Source: Gnetum montanum (lineage: Eukaryota > Plantae > Gnetophyta). From it: a stretch of DNA of 64,000 nucleotides. A program made the translations under genes and the position numbers. The stretch spans positions 228,571 to 292,570 of the forward strand of contig MNCI01000596.1 in NCBI GenBank assembly GCA_015680685.1, read 5' to 3'. Each line of letters opens with the position of its first letter. Position 1 is the stretch's first letter. Below the pieces are notes generated by a model. That model did not search any database. It saw only the letters and a program-made list of their open reading frames with translations, and had not been told where the DNA came from. Shown here one piece after another: positions 1 through 11,454 of the stretch.

Positions 1-137
1 CTCTTATTTATAGGTCGGGATAGGTGGCTACAAAAATGGGGCCACGTTGATGCAGGGTGGCTACGTTGATGGGCCCACATCGATGCGGCCACGTATACGC
101 AGCCCAGTCGATGCATTGACTAAATGACACTTCATCA
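1..137 (-). repeat. E1 3' LTR (partial, U3 end)
   Basis: Ends in ...gacacttcatca (TGATGAAGTGTC on minus), matching 12346-12357. TATA-like ctataaataag on minus at ~3-13. Confidence 0.92.
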
Positions 138-150
138 TACCCCCACAACT
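138..150 (-). promoter_or_regulatory. E1 polypurine-tract region
   Basis: Minus strand AGTTGTGGGGGTA directly precedes the LTR start TGATG. The same context occurs in E4 at 32808-32820. Confidence 0.7.
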
Positions 151-309
151 GAGCAAAACTCATCCTTAAGTTACTTTACAATTTGGAAGGTATGGATTCT
201 TATTTACAACACACATAACTTAAACACATACATGAGACACACATTACGCAACATGAATTGACCAAGTGCCCGAGTTACAAAGGAGGAAAAATTACAAAAA
301 TGGCAGTGT

Positions 310-3161
310 TCAGAGACAAAATTGAACACCTCGCTAGTCTTGGAGCCTTTGCTATGTAGGATGATCCACAAAATTGCTAGAGAAGATCACACCGTCCCTG
401 GGGGCAGTGGTTCTGATGGATCTTCTCCAACCTCTAACCCATGCGTTGGTGGTGGCACGGATCTCAGTTGCCCTGTGGCAGCTACAACTTCTAGAGGTAG
501 CCGAAAAGCCTCCAAGAGAGCCCTCATTTTTTCTTCTGTGCTTCTAGGATCATTCACAGTCTAAGTAGCTTCTCCAATATGTGCTAGAATTGGAACCTTT
601 CAAGGGCATGGCAGTGTCGGAATGAGTTCTTTTAAGTTGACAAACCAGGCTGTGAACTAGATGTGTTCGATGTAGAATGCTCGGATTAATGCCTGCAGCT
701 ATTGGTAGTCATCCATTCTTCAGGCTAGGTCCTCCGCGACTACATGTTATCCTTCAAAGCTTGCGCAAAGGACCTCGAGTTCTACGTTTGCCGTTGCCAG
801 CCTTTGTTTTGTTGCCTTATGCGCCTGGAACTCATCCTCGTATAGGGAATATTAGGCGGCCACTTGTTTTTCCAATTCTGATCGTAGTATACCCGTTGTT
901 AGCATAGCTAGGTTTGCATATTGAAGGTTGGCCAACTCCATGTATTCTGTCATCTCCTCAATCTATAGCTCCTTTAGGTAGATTTCTACTTTGTTGTAGG
1001 CATTCAACCCATCAAAGATAGAATGCCAAACATCACCTCTCTCTTGGAGCTGCTGGAGCACTTGGTTCATCTTTGCTTTGGCAACTTGAATGTGCTTCTC
1101 ATTTACCTCCTTCTGCAATCCCACTTGGTCCTTGTAATGATTTTTAACTTTTTCGAATTTCAGGGCCTCGTTCTTCCAAGCAGTAATTTCGATTACAGAC
1201 TTTTGTCGCAATGCCTAAACCTCCTTCATTGACAGATTTCAATTTTCAGCAGCCAACCTTCTTATGTCAGTGTTCACCTTGGCTAGCTCCTCCTGCTATT
1301 GGTGGATGAAATATTTCATGTGTTCGTTCTCTGCACCAACATTGCACGGGCGATGAACTTCAATGGTTAGTTGCACGTTCTCCTAGAGAACCTCCACCAA
1401 GTCCTTTTCTAAGTGATACGCTCAAGCGTCTGCTATGGACTTGTCAAGGATCGNGGCAATTTTGCAGTTGAGGATGGCTAGATCGACAAGCTGGGCTCTT
1501 AATTGGGCTACCTTAGTTGCCAAGCATTGACAAGCAGCTTGAGTAGCTTCAAGTTGCTGTTGCAAAATGAGGCTCTTGCCCCTTGTCGAGAGTAGCTCTG
1601 ACTAGGTTGCAGTAATGTTGTCCAGAGGGTCGAAGACATATGAAAGTGGTTGCCTAGTTCCTACCAGTTGGTCCAAAAATTATTCATGTTGGGCTGCATC
1701 AATCTTACTACGTGAAGTTCCGACAAACACATGTACATCTTGTAGGCCATGAATGTTTGGTACAGGTGTTGCCGGTGCTTTGAGAACTGTAGCAATTGTG
1801 TCAGCAACCACTTTGGCAGCAACTTCCTATCCCTGGTGCTGCATCACCAAGACGGTCACTTGTTCACCATCTTCCAAGCATACCAAGAAAGTAGCATCAT
1901 TCCCTAAGATTTCAGGGAATAACTATTGGGTTGAGGTTGATACATCTCGGATGCTTGGATCTGTTCTAGTTGGAATTTGTGCTCGGGTGGTGGAGAATAT
2001 TAGCCTTGCCCTTTCAAGAAAGCTAACTAATTGAGCCACTTGCTCCAGGTGGCTCATGGTAGGGTGATAGACCAAGGGTCTTCTCCTCCACCAGTCCTGT
2101 CGAATTGCTCTTGTTGGCTCAAGAGCATTTCCCGGATCTTGCGGATGTATTCTCCCATGTTTTACGAGCTTGGCTGCATTGTTTGTGTAGGTGGTGGAGG
2201 TGGTTGCTGCTCTTCCTCTATCTGTGTGGTGGCAGGAGATTTATCTTTTATCATCTCTCACCACGAGGCAATTGGAGCGCACCATATTATGTCATTAGAA
2301 TATCGTGCTATCCCTGCCCGTTTGCACAACTTTTGAATTAGGTAGGGAAAGGGGAAAGCTCATCTTCCACGTTCGTTCTCAATGAACCTCTTTTCAATCT
2401 CCAAAAATAGCAGCTATGGAAGACTCATGGGAAATTTCCCACTCAAGGTGGCACACGCACGAGCGGAGAAGGTAGTGATTTTGCTGGGTTTTACCATTGG
2501 GTTCAAATGATAAGACGTGATCTTTGATTACACTCTCTCCACTGTGGTCAAGAAGCCGAATGCCTTGTGCTCTACCTCGTAGCACTATTTGGTCCATTGC
2601 ACCTCTACCTCTGGATCGTCTTGCTTTGGAATTTCTACCACATCTGCCCCAATTTCAGGCAACCCCATAGCTTGCACTATTACTTTCGAAGAGTAAGAGA
2701 CATAAATGTCTTTGATTCTTACTCTAGACCCTAGTTTCTGATTCGTTCAGAAGAGATAAGTTTCTCCGAAGTACCATTCACCACCAGTTGTGATGACTGG
2801 CCACATCAGAGAGTTCTGCAATTTGAGCCTCACGTCTTCTAGTGCGTTTTTGAGGAATGGTCCAAAAATTAGCTCTTGGAGGACCATTCGCTGCATCTCG
2901 CGCAGCATGATAACATCAAGGCAGGCTTGGGTCAGGGTGACCTCAAGCCGCAGTGCTATCCTAAGAATCTCATCCCCGAGTGATTGCTCACCAGGAATCT
3001 CTTCGGGAATCTGATGAACAGATTCCACATCAGGTCTTTTGCGGATGGGCCCAGTTGCATGAGAACCCTCCACATGCTCTAGCAGTTGCACACCCCGTCC
3101 CCTTCCCATGTGTGGGTGCTTGTCCCTTGGTTATGATGGTCCTTCGTCCCTTGGGTGCCAT
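310..3161 (-). pseudogene. E1 accessory ORF in the env-like position, ~950 codons, disrupted by stops and frameshifts; charged, coiled-coil-like C-terminal half
   Basis: Starts ATG GCA CCC AAG (MAPKGRR...) at 3161, right after an AG acceptor. Minus-strand ORF pieces 2747-3109, 2394-2597 and 963-1211 are collinear. Peptide KNHYKDQVGLQKEVNEK has a homolog (KNYYKDQGGLQKEIDEK) at 55164-55397. The 3' end is approximate. Confidence 0.7.
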
Positions 3162-3386
3162 CTGCAATCAAACATAACTGCCCATTAGACCATTCATAAG
3201 TAGCTTAAGATGGTCCGTATATACTTTCTTAGTTTGACCAAGTTATGTTATTGGCACAGGCACACCGTTAAATCTCCCGGAGCATTAATTTAGGGGTTAG
3301 GGCCAAATTTTTCGTAATTAAAAACTAATTAATTAATTAATTAATTAATTACATAAAGGCACCACCCCCCATGACTAAGAGCATAC
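3162..3386 (-). other. Putative 5'UTR intron of the E1 accessory gene (225 nt)
   Basis: Minus strand: donor AG|GTATGC at 3386, AT-rich body with (TAAT)n, branch-like CTAAT, and acceptor TTTGATTGCAG directly before the ATG at 3161. Confidence 0.6.
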
Positions 3387-3529
3387 CTCTGGGTGCGTAA
3401 AAAGAACAAGGACAGGTTGATGCGGATACGTGATGGAATGTAGGTTCGTTGGGAAGGGTTAGGTAGAAAAAATGGCAAAAACTCCCTTCAATTTGGACTC
3501 CAAATGATGAAAAATACAAATTGTAGTGG

Positions 3530-3620
3530 GTGTATATATAGGGATTGGGTGTTGTATCGACAGGGCCGTGTATACGCAGGCACTACATATACGGGGCCCC
3601 GTATACGTAGCACTGTTCAC
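3530..3620 (-). promoter_or_regulatory. Putative internal promoter of the E1 accessory gene
   Basis: Array of CGTATACG/GTCGA-type palindromic motifs (3553-3610) like those in the E1 LTR, followed on minus by CCTATATATAC (~3532-3542). Confidence 0.55.
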
Positions 3621-5129
3621 CCATGGACCAACATTGACCAACCCATAAAACACCTGAAATGATGAATAGGAAAAATCAAATTGAGGCGGTTGAAGTGCAT
3701 GAATGCCCAGTCATGGCTGAGGACATGAGGAAGGGAATGGAGTGCAAAAAAGAGACAAAATTGGAGAAGGGGATTCAAAAAGAACTCCGTGAGGAAGAAA
3801 TCGAATGATGGGACACTAAAAACACTCAACCAAGGAATCCAAAGGATGGGAGGCTTAACAAGCAGAACCAGGACTATGTAGGTGGGTCCTCCCCATAACA
3901 GGCAATAGCCTTTGTAGCCCCTGCATACCCTCAACACCAAGGTCCATGGGCCCAGGTGCCAAGAATTAGTTTTGGCCAGTTAAGACTCCAAACCAAGAGA
4001 ACCCACCAAGGCATGAGAAGCCTACAGAAAACATGATGAACATGCAAAACATAAATAGGGTAGTGAGGTGAGTATGGAGAGAAGTATAAATAGAGGGAGA
4101 GGAGAGAATGGAAATTCCAAGTGTTGGCCACATGAAACCCCATGTGCGATTGTGGTTAAGTGACATGGTAGAACCTTTCCTGAGGTTAGACCCAAAACCA
4201 TCTATAGTCAGTGACATCGCAGCAATAGATGAAGTCTTGGCCATCCCCCAAGGAAGCAAGAATGCATCCACAGAGAACCACCACTTCAATAAACGTGAGA
4301 AGAAGGAAGGGAAATGGGACGAAGTCAGAGGGGACCAAGAAAGTCCCATAACTAAAGCGTATGGCCCGTGAGAGGCGGTCTAAGGGGTGTGCTTTGAATT
4401 CCCACTGCGAGTTATTTTTCTTTTCTTTTGTGTGAGGAACCACACCATGCGAAGACCCATGCGTGTTTGCATGTAGTCGACCAAGGGGTGTGCTTTGAAT
4501 CATCATGCTTTTTTTTGTTTTTTTTTTGAATTTTTGACGAGGACCACACCATGCAAGGTCGAATTACCCAGAAGCTTCCATGGAAAGAGACTTTGAGCAG
4601 TAGGAAATCCGTAAGGGCACACCAGCAACCCCGGGCATATAACAGAATGATGAATAAAGCATTCCCCTTGAAGTCACACCCGATTCAAACCATTGGATCA
4701 TCCCTCAGTCTGGCAACTACACAGGGCATACATTAATTAAAATTTTTTTAAGTGAAGGGGTTGCATGTTCACAACAGAAGGAAAACCATGGAATGGTGAA
4801 TGGGTGAATGACGTGGACTCACTGCCGAGTTTATGAAGTGAAAACAATGTAAAATCCAAGGACAACCATGCAATAGCAGGAGCCAGATAACGAGGAAGAC
4901 TATTACAGTACCCATCGTAATGAAAATCAACCGTGCTAGATGCTTGAAGACAATACGACGATGTCTTAGTAATTATGCGAAAAAATGGACAGGTACAAAA
5001 AATGAGAAATAATTAAAGAAAATGGAAAGAAGTATAAAACAAAAAGTGTAAAATAAAGAAGTGTAAAACAAAAAAGTGGAAAACAAAAAATGACAAAATG
5101 GTGAGGGGTGTAGGGAAGTGGATCAGCAT

Positions 5130-8100
5130 GGATGATGGTCTTCCCCATGACTAGGTGGAAACGAGGAGACACGAAAAATGGAATGGGGGGCAATTGGTTG
5201 ATGACAAGGCGGTGGCACTGGTTGCATGGAGTTCACAAAAAGGTTTTAGTTATTGGCGGTTGACTAACTGTGTTCTGGTGGGATCCCCAGGTTTGTGGGT
5301 AAGCAAGGCCTCGGATGGGAAGGTTTCGAAGACAATATAAGGTCCCTCCCATAGTGTTTGAAACTTTTTTAGTTGGGATACATGTGAGGGGTTCCAATAC
5401 AACACCTTCTCTCCACATCAAAATGTGACCTTCCAAATCCTAAGATCATGTTGTTTCTTGTTATAGGCCTTGTGGGTTTCATTTGAAAATAGGGCCACTA
5501 AGCGATTCTCATCTAACACACTTAAATTGATTAATCGTTCATGTTGTGCTAGCAGTAGGTCAAGGCCGAGGTCACTGGAGGTGGATAGTGTGTAGAGTTC
5601 TGCTTGGATCGGAAGTGTTGGCAACTTTCCATACACTAATTCATAGGGAGAGTACCCTACAAGAAGTTTCCAAGTGGAGTAATAGGTCCATAGGGCATCA
5701 TTAAGCTTGGTACTCCAATCCCTCCTATATTTGCTAATGGTTCAAGTAAGGATCTTGGTGATCTCCCTATTGGTGACTTCGGCTTACCTATTGGCTTGGG
5801 GGTGATAGGGTGTTGTAAATTTGTGTGTTACCCCTAAGCGTTGCATAAGTTTCTGAAAAGTGACACCCGTGAAGTGAGTCCCATTATCAGAAATGAGTGC
5901 ACGTGGCACTCCAAACCTAGTAACGATTTGTTGTTGGACAAATCATGCAGCGGTGTTGGAAGAATAGTCGATGACGGCTGCCACTTCTACCCACTTTGTA
6001 CAGTAGTTTACAGCTACGATGATGTATGCCTTTCTATTTGACAAGGGGGTGATGGATCCCATGAAGTCGATACCCTAGATGTCGAAGGGATCCAGTGGTT
6101 GGATCCACTGTTGAGGTCCCTCCAACTGTGCCATCATCCCATCGTCCCTCTGGCATCGTTCACAGGAGCGGACGAACCATTGTGTGTCCTTGAAAAGTGT
6201 AGGCTAGTAATACCCTGCAAGCAGGATTTTAATGGCCATTCGACATCTAGCGTAGTAGCCCCCACAAGGGCCCTCGTGAGCATCTTGGAGGACGTGTAGT
6301 GTATCATCATCAGGGACACACCATCGAACTAGACCATCTACTCACACCTTATAAAGGTGGCCATTGATTTCTATGAAATGCTTGGCCTTATGGAGAAACT
6401 ACTGTTTTTACCGATGGTTCCACTCTTTTGGTAGCTCCTAGGTTGTGAGGTAGGTGAGGATGTGTTTGAACCAAGGGGATTCCTTGGGTACTTGAGGATT
6501 AATGACGCCTGTGAAGAGGAGTTCATCTAGAAACTGGTCAGATAAGGGCTCCTCCTCTTCTGTGTCATCCCATCGCAACTGAGACAAGTGGTCAGCAACC
6601 ACATTCTCGGTCCCCTTTCGATCTACCATGGTAAGATCAAACTCCTGAAGAATCACCAGCCACCAGATTATGTGGGGGTCACCGTTGGTTTGTTCATCAG
6701 GAACCAGATAGCACTGTGGTCTGTGTGCACAAACACCTCATATCTGAGCACATAGTATCAAAATTTATCCAAGGCAAACACCATCGCCATCAACTCCTTC
6801 TCAGTGGTGGTATAGTTCAGCTGAGCACCCACAATGCTACGGCCTGCACAGTGGATAAAATATGGATATTTTTTATCATCACATTGTGTAAGCACAGCTC
6901 CCAAGGCATAGTTGGAGGCATCCGTCATAATGTGAAAGGGTCTGGACCAATCAAGTGCCTGTAGAATCGAAGCTTCTACAAGTTTCTGTTTCAGTGCTTG
7001 GAATGCAGACTCGCATTCCTTGGTCCAGATAAATGAAACGTCCTTCTTTGTAAGTTCTACCAACAGCCTCACAATCTTTGAGAAGTATTCAATGAAATGC
7101 TGGTAGTAACTAGTATGTCCAAGGAATGACTGAACATCTTTGATGGTACTTGGTTGGCAGGTGATTCCTTGGATGACCCTGATCTTTTCAAGGTCTACGC
7201 TGATTCCTGTTTGTGAGATGCGATGCCCCAGCACAATGCCCTCTTAGACCATCAAATGGCTCTTTTTCCAATTGAGCCGCAGATTGGTGTCTACACACCT
7301 CTTTAGAACCTGTTCCAGACGGTCTAAGGCTTGCTTGAACGTGGCCTCATAGGTGGAGAAGTCATCCATGAAGACTTCTACACCATTGTCGATTTGTTGC
7401 TGGAAGATGCTTAGGACAAGGCATTGGAACGTAGCAGGTGCATTGCACAAGCCAAAGGGCATCTTCTTATATGCAAAAGTCCCCCATGGACTTGTCAACA
7501 TTGTTTTGGCCTGGTCCTCTAGTGCTATTTGGATTTGGTTATAACCACTATAACCATCCAAAAAGTTGTAGTAACGGTGTCCTAAGATGGTGTCCAACAC
7601 TTGGTCCACAAATGGGAGCGGGAAGTCGTCCTTGAAGGTCGCCATATTGAGCAACCGGAAATCAATACAGACCCTCCACTTGTCACCTTTCTTGGGCACA
7701 ATAATGAGTGGGCTAACCCATTTTCTATCGATGACAGAATAGATGAATCCCTCCTTGAGCAATTGTTCAATTTTATCTTTTATGATCTACTTTAGTTTGG
7801 GATTCAACTGTCTTTGTGGTTGTTGTCGTGGCTTCATCGAAGGGTCAAGATAGATCCGATGCTAGCAGACCCTGGGATCAACTTCAGTCAACTCAGGATA
7901 TGACCATGCAAATGCAGCAACCCATTTGTTTACCATCTCCAGAAATTTCTTTTCTGTTCAAGAGCAAGGGTAGCATTGATAATTATTGGCTTGCCATTTT
8001 GCAAGAATGCATATTCCAAGTGATCTGGTAAAGATTTTAGCTCCAGGGGTTCTTGTTTGAAGCTCTCAGGGATTTGTAGCGTTCCCCAGTCATCTTGGTC

Positions 8101-11100
8101 ATCAACAGCGGAGACCTATTGATGAACCACTTCCATCTCATCCATGCTTACACTAGCCCCTCAGATGGTTCCATGCACAATGTGCTGCTGGTAGGATCAA
8201 CTGTTAGCCACTAGGTGCCCTCTTGGTCAGTGGCTGCTGCATATAGGCACTGTTGAATACGTGATTCCTCAGTACACTGACTGCATGCTTGAATGGATAT
8301 CCCCTTAGCGGACCATAACTACTACACATAGTTGCACCTTGAGTCACTATACGCGATGCATGGAACTATTTTCTTGTTGATCTTCCCGAAAGGATTTTCC
8401 TTTGAAATTTCTAGTGATATATCTCAAAGTCCAAGTTGTGCATCCACCATGCTTAGCTAGACTCTTCCCATGATGATTGGAAAGTTCCCCTTATAGTTCT
8501 CTACACGGATGACCAGGGAATCAGCAGGGTAGGACCACACACAAACGGTGGTTACAATGTCCTCCACTAGACCCAAGGGAATGGTGATAGACTGATCTAC
8601 TAACTCGAGTTGGATGTTGCTCTTCTTTAGCGAGGGAAAGTTCCAGTTCTTGTACATATTGTGAGAGATCAAATTGACCCTTGGCCTTGAGTCTAGAAGA
8701 GCTTTGCACAGCTCATTCCCTGCCACCTAAAGATAGATGAGGGGGCTTCCCGGATTTGTTAATTTCTGGGGAAGAGAACCGGCTTTGATCCAGTTGATCA
8801 TAGCATGTGTGAGCATGATCATCTGGACATTGGAATACAGTGGGATGGAGGGCTACTCGGGTAGTATGATGGTGGAGGCATTGGTAGGTTCGAAGGCATT
8901 GGCCACATGCATATGTGAGGGTGTGTTTAGATTATTAGCCAAAAAAAAGGATGTTTTCATGGCTTGGGTTCCGGTCCACTTAGACGAGGTGCCAGTTGTA
9001 AGTTAATAGCCCTCGTAGCGTTTCATTGCTATGGTTGTGGCAGTATTTCTCCCTGCATTGATGGAGTAGGTGGAAACTACATGGGATGTTGTGGAGGAGT
9101 AGCAGGAGAAGGTGATGGAGGGTAAAAGAGATGTGGTTTTGTCCCCTTGGGTGATGGACATGAATGTCGAAAGTATTCAGGGGGTGGTAATAACTAGGAA
9201 AGGTCGCATCACTAGAAGAGTCTCTTGGAGAGACCAGTTGCTGAACATAGTACCCATAAGGATTTGACTGTTTGTAAGGGTACTGCTGCCTTGGAGATGG
9301 CATCCCCCACACTTGTGGTTGTTGCCACTATTGGAAGTATTCATACGACTGCGGGGGTGTTCCACTTGGATAATATCCTTGCTGCTACTGATGGAACTAC
9401 CTAGAATTGCCTTGTGGATAAGGCAACCTTTGGGGTGTCTACCGTTGTGCCAAAAAATGGTTCAAGGCATACACCCCAGACTCTTGAAGGTGTGACATCA
9501 TAGGACAACATCCCTTAGGATGTTCCTATATTGGCATATGCCACATTCATCATCCTCCTCGGTGTTAGAGTCTACAACCTGCTCTACTAAAGCAACTTTT
9601 CCCTTACCCTTATGTTGGGCATGTTCAGCTCCCTTCTTCCTACGCCGATCATGATCGCTACCTTGTTCTTTGGACTCTTTTGCAATTTTTAGTACACTTT
9701 GGAATTTCTCGTCCAAAGAGTCCCACATTTTGTCCACCTTTGCAGATATTTTGGATGCAAACTTTTATAATGGCAAAGTCTTCTGATTCACCATTTTTTC
9801 CAGTGGTGACTCATTCTCCTTGTCACAAAATTGAACCTCCCTTTTTCTGAGGGAAGGATCCCAGTTGAATTATTCTGCACTCTCCTTTTTCCTAAGTTGT
9901 CCTTCCTCTTTGGCCACCTGCTCAATGAGGCGCTGCAACTAATGGGTCCTTAGCTCCAACAATCGTCCCTTGGAGTACATGCCAAGGGTCTTTCTCATTT
10001 CAAAATGAAGCCCATCAATGATGTGGTGAAGCTGTGCCCACTGAGAGTAACCATGACCAAGGCACCGATGCAACACTGAGTAGTACCTACTCATGGCAGC
10101 ATCCAATGGTTCATGATTCCCTTGTTTCCAACCTTGGATCTGCCATCTCAGATTCACCACTCTAAAGTACGTTTGATATTTTTCATTGAAAATTTCAAGC
10201 ATCGTACTCCATCTTCTGATTGATTCCAGCTCCAAGGATCGGTACCAACTTTCAGCTTCTTTGATGAGTGTGTGAGGGAACAGCTTCAACCATTGCCAAT
10301 CATTGTCAATGTTTTGCAAGGTGCAAGCGTCATGGAATGCCTGCAGGTGGGTCTATGGATCACAGTTGTATCCCCCTTCAAATCTAGGGATGTTATTTAT
10401 ATCAACACACTTGATCCGACTATCCTTCATGTGCCTACTGGAAATGTGAACTTCCTCTACAATTTGGAGCTTGCTCCAAGTAACTAACAACGGCTTGTCC
10501 AAATCATAGTCCTGTTGGGGACCATGATGTCTGTGACGATTATGGCTACCCCTTCTTTCATGCTAGCAAGCATCACGCGATTGGTCACGTTCTTCCTCAG
10601 GTTGCCCCTTACGAACCTGTTTACCACCATCCTTTCGCTCCTACCTGCCCCTATTACGCTCAAAGCTTGAGCTGGATCAAGGTGCAAGAGAGGGGGAGGA
10701 TAGAGAAGAAGGAGAGGCATCGCCACCACTCCTGCGTTGATCTCCCCATCTACCCTGATGTTGGCCTTGATCATCCAGCCCAGCCTTGCTACGTGATCCT
10801 CCATCCCCTTGAGGATCATGGTCACTTGGAGGTTTGTTCTGAATGATTGACTGGATGAACTGTTGCCCCAAGAAAAGTTCGGTCGAATGGGTATCATGAA
10901 ATACAGGATCCCCATCGTCTTGCGGCCCTTGCGAGAATAAGGGGTTATTGAATTGTTTCCCCTTCTGTTATTCATATCTCTCTGCCTGCTACTGGTCGCT
11001 TGTCCATTGAGCCTCCATGGGATGATAGTCCCGGTAGTCATGGTCCTCCATGACATATTCCGCCACCCGGTCCTAGATGCCCAATCTACCCAGATTGTGA

Positions 11101-11288
11101 TATAGCATCACAGGAGCTACTTGGTCGGGTGATAGCATGATGCTACCCTCCATGTCCTGCCATCGTAGATGCTCATCTTGATGTAGGATGAATGTGAAAT
11201 TAGGGACATATTCATCGCGATGTTTGTACACCACCCAACATTCTTGTGGCACCAGTGGTTCAAATTCCTCTCTCTTGTGAGAAGACAT
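5130..11288 (-). pseudogene. E1 gag-pol polyprotein (N-terminal extension, retrotrans-gag, aspartic protease, RT, RNase H, integrase), degenerate
   Basis: Gag LKLFPHTLIKEAESWY (9939-10319); PR CKALLDS...VNLI (8457-8726); RT WRVCIDFR, LDGYSGYNQI, MPFGLCNAPATFQ, FMDDF (7244-7762); RH TDASNYALGAVL, NYTTTEKELMA (6758-7234), KGTENVVADHLS; INT with WEGPY near 5340. Many stops and frameshifts. Confidence 0.93.
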
Positions 11289-11435
11289 GTTGGACGTTAG
11301 ATGGTCCATGTAATCGGTGTACTTTACTATTCACTTAAATTCACCTAGCGTGCATAAATGTTTCTATCTTGGGTTCATTCCAATGACTTGAATGATAATT
11401 TCACTAAGGTTAGATGACACATGAAAGACTAACAG

Positions 11436-11453
11436 TCCTCGAAAATAGTGCCA
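11436..11453 (-). promoter_or_regulatory. E1 primer-binding site (degenerate tRNA-Asp type)
   Basis: Minus TGGCACTATTTTCGAGGA lies 1 nt after the LTR end. It is a degenerate form of the Athila-type TGGCGCCGTTGCCGGGGA; the E4 copy at 41070-41087 is comparable. Confidence 0.65.
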
Positions 11454-11454
11454 A

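Noticed and set aside
322-3177. Plus-strand ORFs over the E1 accessory region, and similar antisense ORFs over gag-pol
   Set aside because: They are shadows of the minus-strand coding frames, with no recognisable motifs.
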